This document shows, one piece after another, positions 25,051 through 32,000 of a stretch of 32,000 nt of DNA. Position 1 is the first letter of the stretch, and every line of letters starts with the position of its first letter. The translations under genes were made by a program, and so were the position numbers. The notes below the pieces were generated by a model, which saw nothing but the letters and a program-made list of their open reading frames with translations, had not been told where the DNA came from and did not search any database. Source of the stretch: Pseudomonas phage vB_Pa-PAC9; sequence record PV426651.1. One strand, given 5' to 3'.

Positions 25051-25436
25051 CAGGCTCCGACCTCCGCAATCATCTTGCGCAGGAGGTTCAGGGCCGCGGT
25101 CAGCTCCGGGTCGGACTCCCAGAAGGTGAGGATGCGGACCACTTCGGCTTCGTCCTCCGTCAGCCCGTTCGCGGCGGCGAAGGCGTCCGGGGTAATGACC
25201 ACGGGGGCGGAGCGGGGCAGCAGGACCCCGTTGCGGTACAGGTCCTGGACCTTCTCCACGTAGTGGATCGCCTTCTCAAGGTCCTGGCGCGGGTCCTCGT
25301 GCTTCTTGCGGTTGCGGGTCGCGTACTTGGTCGCGCAGCCTTCGGTGTAGCGGAGGCCGTTCAGCTCCACGTAGTCCCAGTGTTGGACGGGCGAGCGGTA
25401 GTGCTCACCGCCCACTTGCTTTTCGTTCACGCTCAT
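25050..25436 (-). CDS. DUF3310-domain protein
   Basis: 'GGEHYRSPVQHWDYVELNGLRYTEGCATKYATRNRKKHEDPRQDLEKAIHYVEKVQDLY' matches the DUF3310 pattern. Confidence 0.8.
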   Translation of the reverse strand: MSVNEKQVGGEHYRSPVQHWDYVELNGLRYTEGCATKYATRNRKKHEDPRQDLEKAIHYVEKVQDLYRNGVLLPRSAPVVITPDAFAAANGLTEDEAEVVRILTFWESDPELTAALNLLRKMIAEVGA

Positions 25437-25632
25437 CTTGTAACTCCTTCATCAGTTCCCGGAGCCGGAGTGTCTGCTGGCGGTACAAGTACCCAAAACA
25501 CCCGTGCTCCCCGTTCATCATATCTGTATGGACCTTGCGGAGGTGCGCAGCGAGTTCTTCCACCGTGTCGAAGGCGTAGAACTTCAGCTGCGGGTCCTCC
25601 GCCCAATCACGTCGCAGCTTCTCCAAGTCCAT
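25405..25632 (-). CDS. Hypothetical protein
   Basis: MDLEKLRRDWAEDPQLKFYAFDTVEELAAHLRKVHTDMMNGEHGCFGYLYRQQTLRL...; overlaps both neighbours. Confidence 0.5.
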   Translation of the reverse strand: MDLEKLRRDWAEDPQLKFYAFDTVEELAAHLRKVHTDMMNGEHGCFGYLYRQQTLRLRELMKELQDERERKASGR

Positions 25633-26242
25633 CGCGCACCACCTCCTCGAAGAAGTCCGAGAGACGGCGATGCGGCTGGTGCTTCGCTGCCACGTAGAAG
25701 GCGCGGACTGGTTCGGGCAGGCTACCCTCCAGGCCCCGCTTCTCCGTCACCGCCTCGCATGCCCTCCGCATGGCCGTGACCGCTTCGTTGCCCAGGGCTT
25801 CTTCCTCCCGGCACCATAGCCACAGTTCGAGGGTGTCCACGGCCTTCAACCAGTCCTCCTCGTCAGGGAGAAGGCCCGGGAGCAGGCCCAGGGTCGCCAG
25901 CACGCGGCGTTCCGCCTCCTCATACACCTTCCCGAGTTCGGAGTGGGTCCACTTCGCCGGGGCCGGAATGTCGCCCAACCAACGCTCCGCGCAGTCGTGC
26001 CACTGGACCGCCTTGATCAGGTTCAGCGACGGGTGCGGGTGGAGCAGCAGGAGGAGGCTCACGGCCCCGTAGCTGTGCTGGGCGATGTTGTACTGACCGT
26101 GGTGCGGGACGATGTGGCACCGGCGGACCGTCCCGGCCTCCCGGGTCGCGGCGATCCGGGTCAGGAGCGGGCGGGCGGTGCGGCGGTTCAGCTCCTCCGC
26201 CTCGCGCTCCTCGTCATGAATCTTGCTCATCAGGCTTCCCAT
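25607..26242 (-). CDS. HD-domain nucleotide phosphohydrolase (YfbR-like)
   Basis: 'QYNIAQHSYGAVSLLLLLHP...LIKAVQWHDCAERWLGDIPAPAKW...VDTLELWLW': H..HD...D metal-binding arrangement. Confidence 0.78.
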   Translation of the reverse strand: MGSLMSKIHDEEREAEELNRRTARPLLTRIAATREAGTVRRCHIVPHHGQYNIAQHSYGAVSLLLLLHPHPSLNLIKAVQWHDCAERWLGDIPAPAKWTHSELGKVYEEAERRVLATLGLLPGLLPDEEDWLKAVDTLELWLWCREEEALGNEAVTAMRRACEAVTEKRGLEGSLPEPVRAFYVAAKHQPHRRLSDFFEEVVRDGLGEAAT

Positions 26243-26254
26243 TGTTCCGTCTCC

Positions 26255-27310
26255 TCACTCATACGCCACGCCATCGTCCATCGCCCGGGCCTTGCGAGCC
26301 TCGAAGGCGGCGCGGCGGCGTTCGATCCACTCCACCCCGGCCAGCTTCCAGTCGGTGGCGGCGACGTTGTCCAGCTCCGCCAAGGCGGCGTCAAAGCGGG
26401 AGGGGTTGGAGGTCTGCTTGAAAGCCTTGTGGGCCTTCAACATCGGGATCGCCACGCGACGGAAGAACGGGTCACGGAAGCCCACGGCGTCCGGCTCGCT
26501 CAGGAACATCATCAGCTCCTGGTTCCACTCCTCCGGGTCCGTGGACATCAGCGGGTAGGGCTCCGCGATCCCGGCGGCGTAGGGGTCGGGCGTCTCCTTC
26601 CCGGTCATCGGGTTGGCGGCGAGGTCCGCGAGCGGGGCGACCTTGTCCAGCACCTCCTCATAGGCGTGGAAGTTGGCGCTGACTTGGCGGTAGATGCCTT
26701 GTTCCACCCCGACACTCCGGGCGACGTACTCATGGAGGTAGCTGAAATGGACCGCGTTGGCCCCGTAGGCTCCCCAGATCAGGTCGTTGGAGCGGTTGGT
26801 CACGGTCATGTCCAGGCGACCGTCGCAGGCGATCTGGAAGATGGCCTGAAGGTTGCACGGGAGGTCCTTGCCTTGGCGGCCCAGGTCCGCGTCCGCGTCC
26901 CACATCGACAGGACCTGGCGGCGGTCATCGCGGTTCGCCTTCAGGGCGGCGATGATCTTGGGCAGCTGGTCCTCGAAGAAGTGCTGGCGCCAGCGGAAGC
27001 CGTAGGCCCCGTGGAAGGTCAGGCCGTCATCCGAGTAGCTGCGCATGCGATCCACGAAGCGGGCGACGTACTCCACGTCATTGCGTCCGCCCAGCATCCA
27101 GAGGCTTTCCATCAGGTGGAAGAAGGGGTTGGCGTCCCGTTCCGCCCAGAACAGCACGCGCTCCGCCGGGCGGAGGTACACGGTGGTGACGGGTTCCGGG
27201 AACATGAACACGGGGCCGTTGCGCGAGTCGCGGCGGACGCCCTCGAAGGACAGTTGATACAGGGCCTCCGGGAGGGCCTGTTGTACGTTGCGGGTCTTGA
27301 TGACTTTCAT
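26255..27310 (-). CDS. Thymidylate-synthase superfamily protein; predicted dUMP hydroxymethylase in this context
   Basis: 'NPFFHLMESLWMLGGRNDVEYV', 'RRQVLSMWDADADLG...KDLPCNLQAIFQI', 'VTNRSNDLIWGAYGANAVHFSYLHEYVA'. Catalytic Cys, RSxD motif and Asn recognisable. Confidence 0.85.
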   Translation of the reverse strand: MKVIKTRNVQQALPEALYQLSFEGVRRDSRNGPVFMFPEPVTTVYLRPAERVLFWAERDANPFFHLMESLWMLGGRNDVEYVARFVDRMRSYSDDGLTFHGAYGFRWRQHFFEDQLPKIIAALKANRDDRRQVLSMWDADADLGRQGKDLPCNLQAIFQIACDGRLDMTVTNRSNDLIWGAYGANAVHFSYLHEYVARSVGVEQGIYRQVSANFHAYEEVLDKVAPLADLAANPMTGKETPDPYAAGIAEPYPLMSTDPEEWNQELMMFLSEPDAVGFRDPFFRRVAIPMLKAHKAFKQTSNPSRFDAALAELDNVAATDWKLAGVEWIERRRAAFEARKARAMDDGVAYE

Positions 27311-27420
27311 TTCTTGTTGAACTCCACGAAGATGACGTTGCCGGTCCGGCGAAGGACGCGGGGGCGAGGGAGCCAGACCAACCACCAGCTCCAGTACCAC
27401 CAGAACGGCGAGAAGATCAT
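27307..27420 (-). CDS. 37-aa Trp-rich membrane peptide
   Basis: MIFSPFWWYWSWWLVWLPRPRVLRRTGNVIFVEFNKK*; stop overlaps the ThyA-like start (ATGA). Confidence 0.4.
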   Translation of the reverse strand: MIFSPFWWYWSWWLVWLPRPRVLRRTGNVIFVEFNKK

Positions 27421-27432
27421 GGCCCCCTCCTG

Positions 27433-27993
27433 TTAAGCCGAAGCGGTCTGAGGCGGAAGGCCCAGGCGGGCGTTCAGGTCCTTGATCGGCAGCGCGATAG
27501 CCCGGGACGGCGATTCAACCGCGAAGGGGCGGGCGAACTGCTCCACCTCCGGCCAGACCTGAATCAGCTTGTTGACCGTGGTCACGCTTTCGAGGACGGC
27601 CCAGGCTCCGGTCTTGGCCTCCTCCCGCTCGCGCTTGAACTGGGCGCGGTCCTTCAGGTAGGTGCGCAGCTTCTCGCCCAGCGTGTGGTCCGCGTTATAG
27701 ACCTTGCCGGGGTTCGAGGCCCAGCAATCGGCCACGCGCTTCTTCTCCGGGAGGTCCAGCGAGTGATAGGACTCCCCAACCACCTGGACGCGGATGTTGC
27801 TGCGGACTTCGAGGAAGCCGTTGGGCAGGGCGTACATGTGGGCGCGGACCGCTTCCGGGTACAGGTCGTTGTAGAACTCCAGCGCCAGCTCCTTCTCGCG
27901 GGCGTCCAGGGCCTTCTCGCGGTCGGAGAAGGAGTGGGCGAGGATCGCGTCACGGACCTGCTCGCGGATGTAATTGGACAGACGTACAGCCAT
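27433..27993 (-). CDS. Nmad5-like (nucleotide modification associated domain 5) protein
   Basis: MAVRLSNYIREQVRDAILAHSFSDREKALDAREKELALEFYNDLYPEAVRAHMYALPNGFLE...AVLESVTTVNKLIQVWPEVEQFA; N- and C-terminal patterns as remembered for Nmad5. Confidence 0.65.
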   Translation of the reverse strand: MAVRLSNYIREQVRDAILAHSFSDREKALDAREKELALEFYNDLYPEAVRAHMYALPNGFLEVRSNIRVQVVGESYHSLDLPEKKRVADCWASNPGKVYNADHTLGEKLRTYLKDRAQFKREREEAKTGAWAVLESVTTVNKLIQVWPEVEQFARPFAVESPSRAIALPIKDLNARLGLPPQTASA

Positions 27994-28048
27994 GATGGTT
28001 TCTCCATTTCGTTGGTGCCGCCGGAATGGTCCGGCGGCGGGGTTTCGA

Positions 28049-29020
28049 TCAGGCGAGGGTGGTTGCCTTGCGCCAGTCATACTTCGAGCGCATCTTGCCT
28101 TCGTTCAGACGCACACGCTCATACTTGTCGAACTCGCACAGCGTGTGTTCGATGTCCCGGGCCTCGAACCGCGGCCCCACGTGCGGGCTCCCGAGCTGCG
28201 GCGGTCCGAAGGTTTCGTTGAAGCCCCGGGCGTCCAGGGCGTTCAGCTCCTGCATCAGCTCGATCATTTCCGCGTTCGTCTGCTCCGGGCGGGGCTTCGC
28301 GGCGAGGTCGCGCCCGTACAGGCGGTTGAGCCCGCGGATCGCCCCGGGACCGGCGTTGGCCCAAGCCCAGATGTCCGGGGCGTTGCGCAGGTAGCGGGTG
28401 TGGCGGAGGTCGGTCACCACCTCATAGGCCATGAACGGACCCCAGCCGACGTAGCGGTGCTGCTGGAACTTCTCCCAGACGGTTTCGAGCCGGTTGAAGG
28501 ACCGGAGGACGCCCGGAGTGGTTTCCAGCATCCGCTGCCATTCCTCGCGGTCCTCCCAGAGACGGCCCAGGACAATCTCCGCGATGTAGCGGTGCTTGGT
28601 CCAGCTGTACCACTCCTTGGAGGGGTCGGACTCCGCGCGGATCATGTAGGCTCCTGTGTACACCTTATCGCCGCGGACGGCGCGGTGCTCCAGAGCGGTC
28701 GTGAGCCAGGAAGGCTCGAAGTCAGGGTTGTCGGGCCACTGCTTGGTCTGGATCAGCTCCGCGAGGGTATCCGGCCAGTTGATGTAGCGGGCGATGGCGA
28801 GCATGAACCAGAGGTGCGGGTGGTCCGCGTAGGGCTGACGGATATGCTTGTCAACCCAGATCGTCACCGTGTCCAGCTCCCGGAAGATGTTGCAGAACCG
28901 CCCATCACGCAGAACCGGGTCCGCGGTCCAGGGGCCGGGCTTCCCGGCCTTGCGGTCCAGGTAGATGTCGTGGCGAGCCTTCATGAAGGCGGCGATGTCG
29001 TTGATGCGCGGGGTGGTCAT
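28049..29020 (-). CDS. DNA base hypermodification protein (aGPT-Pplase / 5-hmdU DNA kinase helical-domain superfamily); candidate amino-acid transferase to 5-hmdU
   Basis: 'KPGPWTADPVLRDGRFCNIFRELDTVTIWVDKHIRQPYADHPHLWFMLAIARYINWPDTLAEL...WGPFMAYEVVTDLRHTRYL...GPGAIRGLNRLYGR' matches this family's signature. Confidence 0.82.
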   Translation of the reverse strand: MTTPRINDIAAFMKARHDIYLDRKAGKPGPWTADPVLRDGRFCNIFRELDTVTIWVDKHIRQPYADHPHLWFMLAIARYINWPDTLAELIQTKQWPDNPDFEPSWLTTALEHRAVRGDKVYTGAYMIRAESDPSKEWYSWTKHRYIAEIVLGRLWEDREEWQRMLETTPGVLRSFNRLETVWEKFQQHRYVGWGPFMAYEVVTDLRHTRYLRNAPDIWAWANAGPGAIRGLNRLYGRDLAAKPRPEQTNAEMIELMQELNALDARGFNETFGPPQLGSPHVGPRFEARDIEHTLCEFDKYERVRLNEGKMRSKYDWRKATTLA

Positions 29021-29031
29021 AGTCGGGGTCC

Positions 29032-29595
29032 TCAGCCCAAGTTCTCGATGACGGCCTTGATGTCCTTCAGGGCCGTCTCCCAGTGGATGTCGCGGACCGT
29101 CTCGCCGTCCGCCAGGGCCTTCTCGCGGACCCGGGCGATGGTGCGGTGCTTGTCGGCCACCTGGTCCTCCTTGATGGGCTTCCCGCCGTTGCGCTCCTGG
29201 ATGCGCTTCAGGCAGACTTCGAGCGGCGTGTCCAGGAAGGCCCAGATCATTCCGCCGTTCGCCTTCGACCACTCCTGCCACGGACCGTAGATGGTGCTGA
29301 CCACCACGCCCTCGAACAGGACCGCCTTCACGTCCGGGTCCCGCCCAACCAGCTCCGCGACGGCCTTGGCGGCGGCTTGGGTCTTGATCCGGTCCAGACC
29401 GGCGGTGGTCGCTCCGGCGGCGGCGGGGGTGTAGTCCCCGATGATGGCGATGCCGTCCGGGGCATACGTCACCGGGATCGGCTTGTGGTCCGGGACGATG
29501 ACGTTGATGACGCGGCAAAGCGGATCGCGGGCCAGGCAGCGCAGCAGGGTGGTCTTGCCGGAGCCGTTACAGCCCCGCACATTGATGTACTTCAT
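29032..29595 (-). CDS. P-loop kinase, 5-hmdU DNA kinase-like
   Basis: 'MKYINVRGCNGSGKTTLLRCLARDP' Walker A, 'AVLFEGVVVSTIYGPW', 'IWAFLDTPLEVCLKRIQERNG' lid region; directly adjacent to the hypermodification transferase. Confidence 0.78.
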   Translation of the reverse strand: MKYINVRGCNGSGKTTLLRCLARDPLCRVINVIVPDHKPIPVTYAPDGIAIIGDYTPAAAGATTAGLDRIKTQAAAKAVAELVGRDPDVKAVLFEGVVVSTIYGPWQEWSKANGGMIWAFLDTPLEVCLKRIQERNGGKPIKEDQVADKHRTIARVREKALADGETVRDIHWETALKDIKAVIENLG

Positions 29596-29649
29596 CTTGG
29601 TTCTCCATTTCAGTTGAAAACGGCGGAGCCGGAGCCCCGCCTGGGTTGC

Positions 29650-31092
29650 TCAGTCAATCTGCGTGATCGGGATGATCTTGCGCTCGCCGCCGTCCTCCTC
29701 CGGCGGGGTCGGTTCCACGATCTTCTTGAAGTCGGGCGAGCGCAGAGCCTTCGCCGCCCCGAACAGCTCCGAACCGCAGCGGGGCTTGCCCTCGTTGTCG
29801 TCCGCGCAGTGGAGACAGCCGGTGGGGGCGCACTCCTTGACCTCCTGGAAGGGCTGGCCCAGATCGGTCCGGGTGAACATCGGGACGCGCTGGCCGTGGC
29901 ACTGGTCCGCGGTGATCATTTCACGGCCCATCGAAAGCCAGGCCGGTTCGCCGGTTCCGGGCTTCCCGCGGCGGTACTCATAGCACGTCGCGTAGGTCAT
30001 GCCCAGCTCCGTCGCCCACTTCCGGTACAACTGGTGGGCTTCGACCCGGTACGGCTCCGCGATGGTCTTTTGGGCTCCGGCCTGGTTCTCCGTGAACAGG
30101 TCCATGAAGGCTTTGGTGCGCTCCGGGCCGAACCGCTTGTGGAGACGTTCGATCATCGCCGGAGCCCAGCTGTAGCCCGCTTCCACAAACTTCACGATCA
30201 CGTGGTTGTTGCCGACCGCTGCCAGGCGCTCGAACAGGTGGCGGATGTCGTCATGGGTGACGATCCCCGGGACCACCGGATTGACCTGAATGGACGTGTA
30301 GATGCCCTGACGGCGCAGCTCCGCGATTTCGTCAATGTGGTCCTGGAGGGAAATGGCCCCGGGGGACAACTTGTGCCAATCGCGGTCGTTGCCGGTGTTC
30401 AGCGACTTCTGGGCGTAGCTGTAGGGGTTCCGCTTCAGGAGGTCGATGGCCCAGGACGGGTAGCTGAGACGGCTCAGGAAGAAGATGGGCAGGCCCAACT
30501 CCACGAAGGCTTCCGCCCCCTGCTGGGTGTTGTGGTACACGTCCTCAATCGGCAGGAAGGGGTCCGTGAAGCTGGAGAAGTAGCCCGCGGCGGAGGTCCG
30601 GGACTTCGAGAGCATGTTGCGGACCTGCTCGCCGTAGTTCACCGGGACGCTGATGAGGCCGGTGCCGCGGTAGCCCCGGAACCCGCTGTTGACGTAGCAG
30701 AAGGCGCAACCCACGGTGCAGTAGCCCCCATAAGGCTCCGTCAGGATCGCCTCGCTGAAGCAGGGGCGGGCGCGGGAGCCTCGCTTGTCGTTGTGCTTGT
30801 CCTGGTACCAGCCCTGAAGGGGCTTGGCGTTCGGGATGCGGATGTGCGGGAGGTAGGTGACGTCATTGAAGCCAAGATACACCTTGACCTCCTTCTTGTC
30901 GTCATCCTTCGCGTTGCGGACCATCCCCACCTTGGCCATGCGGAACTTCGCGCGCATGCCGGTCAGCGGGTCATCCTCCTCCTCGATTGGGCCCAGGAAC
31001 TCCCGTTGGTTCGGGTCCGGGCGCATGAAATACTTGTAAGCCTCCTGAGCGGCTTCGCCGGTTTCTTCATTCAGCCATGCTGCGTGGTCCAT
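29650..31092 (-). CDS. Radical SAM enzyme, SplB/COG1533-like
   Basis: CX3CX2C cluster motif 'GYCTVGCAFCYV'; 'YFSSFTDPFLPIEDVYHNTQQGAEAFVELGLPIFFLSRLSYP...KSLNTGNDRDWHKLSPGAISLQDHIDEIAELRRQGIYTSIQVNPVVPGI'; extra C-terminal Cys cluster 'CAPTGCLHCADDNEGKPRC'. Confidence 0.88.
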   Translation of the reverse strand: MDHAAWLNEETGEAAQEAYKYFMRPDPNQREFLGPIEEEDDPLTGMRAKFRMAKVGMVRNAKDDDKKEVKVYLGFNDVTYLPHIRIPNAKPLQGWYQDKHNDKRGSRARPCFSEAILTEPYGGYCTVGCAFCYVNSGFRGYRGTGLISVPVNYGEQVRNMLSKSRTSAAGYFSSFTDPFLPIEDVYHNTQQGAEAFVELGLPIFFLSRLSYPSWAIDLLKRNPYSYAQKSLNTGNDRDWHKLSPGAISLQDHIDEIAELRRQGIYTSIQVNPVVPGIVTHDDIRHLFERLAAVGNNHVIVKFVEAGYSWAPAMIERLHKRFGPERTKAFMDLFTENQAGAQKTIAEPYRVEAHQLYRKWATELGMTYATCYEYRRGKPGTGEPAWLSMGREMITADQCHGQRVPMFTRTDLGQPFQEVKECAPTGCLHCADDNEGKPRCGSELFGAAKALRSPDFKKIVEPTPPEEDGGERKIIPITQID

Positions 31093-31119
31093 AGTTCAAC
31101 TCCTCATCTATTGCGAAAA

Positions 31120-31148
31120 AGTCTAGTGCCTTACCCGGAAGAAGTAAA
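31120..31148 (-). promoter_or_regulatory. Repeat-family promoter P6 (upstream of the radical SAM-kinase-transferase-Nmad5-ThyA run)
   Basis: Minus strand GCTTTACTTCTTCCGGGTAAGGCACTAGACTTTTTCGC; TTTACT-17 nt-TAGACT, 28 bp upstream of the radical SAM start. Confidence 0.7.
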
Positions 31149-31163
31149 GCACTATGAATTGGG

Positions 31164-32000
31164 TCACTCCCCGATGTTCCAGAACACGATGGGGCGTGGA
31201 TGGACGGAAGCCAGGTTGAGCGGGTCACTCAGCCACTTCCAAGCCTTCAGATCATAGAACGGGTTGCAGGGGAACGGGGCGGAGGCGTCCCGGGCCGCGT
31301 CCGCGTACCCGTAGCCCTCGTCAATGAACTTGATCCGGTCGCCCAGGGTCAGGCCCGCGGCCTTCTCGATGTACTCCCGGGTGGCGTCCTGGCTCCGCGA
31401 GTATCCCATGTGGAGGATGACGTTGTAGTTGCGGAGCAGGCCCGCCTCCTCGAAGCCCTTGAGCACCCCGGCGGCGACCGTCCCCGAGCTGATACTGATG
31501 ACCAGGGTCCCGGAGTCCGGGAGGTGCGGGGCGGTGCGGACGGCCTCCGCGGCGTTCTCCGTGATCGACTCCGGGAGCTTCAGGGCGTTCGGCATCAGGT
31601 AGCTGTCGTGGTAGTTCTCCCGCAGGTGCTTCTTGGCCGTATGGTACAGGATCGCGGAGCGGCCCGCCGGGATGTCCACGAGGTCCGCCCCGAGCTGGCG
31701 AGCGTGCTGCTGTTGGACGCGCGGGGCGTCCGCGGCCCCGTCGCGCTTGAAGCGGGGCCAGTAGTCCACGGCCTGTTTCCCGAGCTGCTGGCAGACGTAG
31801 GCGACCGCCCAGCCCGCCTTCGAGTGGTACGTGTCCAGACAGCCGATGGTGGTCTCAGGCCGGTTCTTGATATGGGCGACAACTCCGCGAATCTTGCTGA
31901 AGGACGGACCCGGGAGCGGGGCGCATAGGTCCTCCCGCTTCACGAGGATCGGGACCCCGTTGAGCTCATAGGTTTCGACCGGGGTGTTGTTGACGATCAT
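31164..32000 (-). CDS. PLP-dependent enzyme, fold type II (threonine synthase / D-cysteine desulfhydrase / ACC deaminase-like); ATG at the window edge, may extend
   Basis: 'GVPILVKREDLCAPLPGPSFSKIRGVVAHI' (candidate PLP lysine in SFSKIRG), 'YHSKAGWAVAYVCQQLGKQAVDY', 'LVISISSGTVAAGVLKGF' phosphate-binding-type Ser/Gly loop. Confidence 0.8.
   Translation of the reverse strand: MIVNNTPVETYELNGVPILVKREDLCAPLPGPSFSKIRGVVAHIKNRPETTIGCLDTYHSKAGWAVAYVCQQLGKQAVDYWPRFKRDGAADAPRVQQQHARQLGADLVDIPAGRSAILYHTAKKHLRENYHDSYLMPNALKLPESITENAAEAVRTAPHLPDSGTLVISISSGTVAAGVLKGFEEAGLLRNYNVILHMGYSRSQDATREYIEKAAGLTLGDRIKFIDEGYGYADAARDASAPFPCNPFYDLKAWKWLSDPLNLASVHPRPIVFWNIGE

Noticed and set aside
25943-31257. Long plus-strand ORFs 25943-27436, 27974-29290 and 29083-31257
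   Set aside because: Same shadow-ORF pattern opposite the ThyA-like, transferase, kinase and radical SAM genes; no protein motifs.
1-32000. CRISPR arrays, tRNA/rRNA genes, transposons, integrase
   Set aside because: No spaced direct repeats with CRISPR geometry, no cloverleaf-like sequence noticed, and no transposase or recombinase motifs in the supplied translations.

Overview
The window reads as a contiguous segment of a GC-rich tailed-phage (Caudoviricetes) genome, with every supported gene on the minus strand. Read right to left it has three parts: (i) a DNA-base hypermodification cassette at about 26.2-32 kb, made up of a PLP fold-type-II enzyme, a SplB-like radical SAM enzyme, a P-loop 5-hmdU DNA kinase-like protein, a base-hypermodification transferase-family protein, an Nmad5-like protein and a thymidylate-synthase homologue; (ii) replication and nucleotide-metabolism genes followed by many small accessory genes at about 6.3-26.2 kb, including family A DNA polymerase, dCMP deaminase, primase-helicase, HTH regulator, HD phosphohydrolase, GHKL-like ATPase, MazG-like protein, DEDD exonuclease, protein-kinase-like protein, GGDEF protein and KlcA-like antirestriction protein; (iii) packaging and head genes at 1-5.6 kb (TerS, TerL, portal, MuF-like protein, scaffold-like protein). 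The two strongest observations are the amino-acid-type thymidine hypermodification cassette with an unusual enzyme pair (radical SAM plus PLP fold II), and a family of six near-identical leftward promoters, 5'-CTTTACTTCTTC(C)GG-N-(CAC)TATACTT(T)CTTC. One of these promoters sits directly in front of the radical SAM-to-ThyA operon. A 660-bp non-coding locus at 5.63-6.29 kb holds AT-rich tandem repeats and iteron-like repeats. All family calls come from reading motifs by eye; no database search was run.
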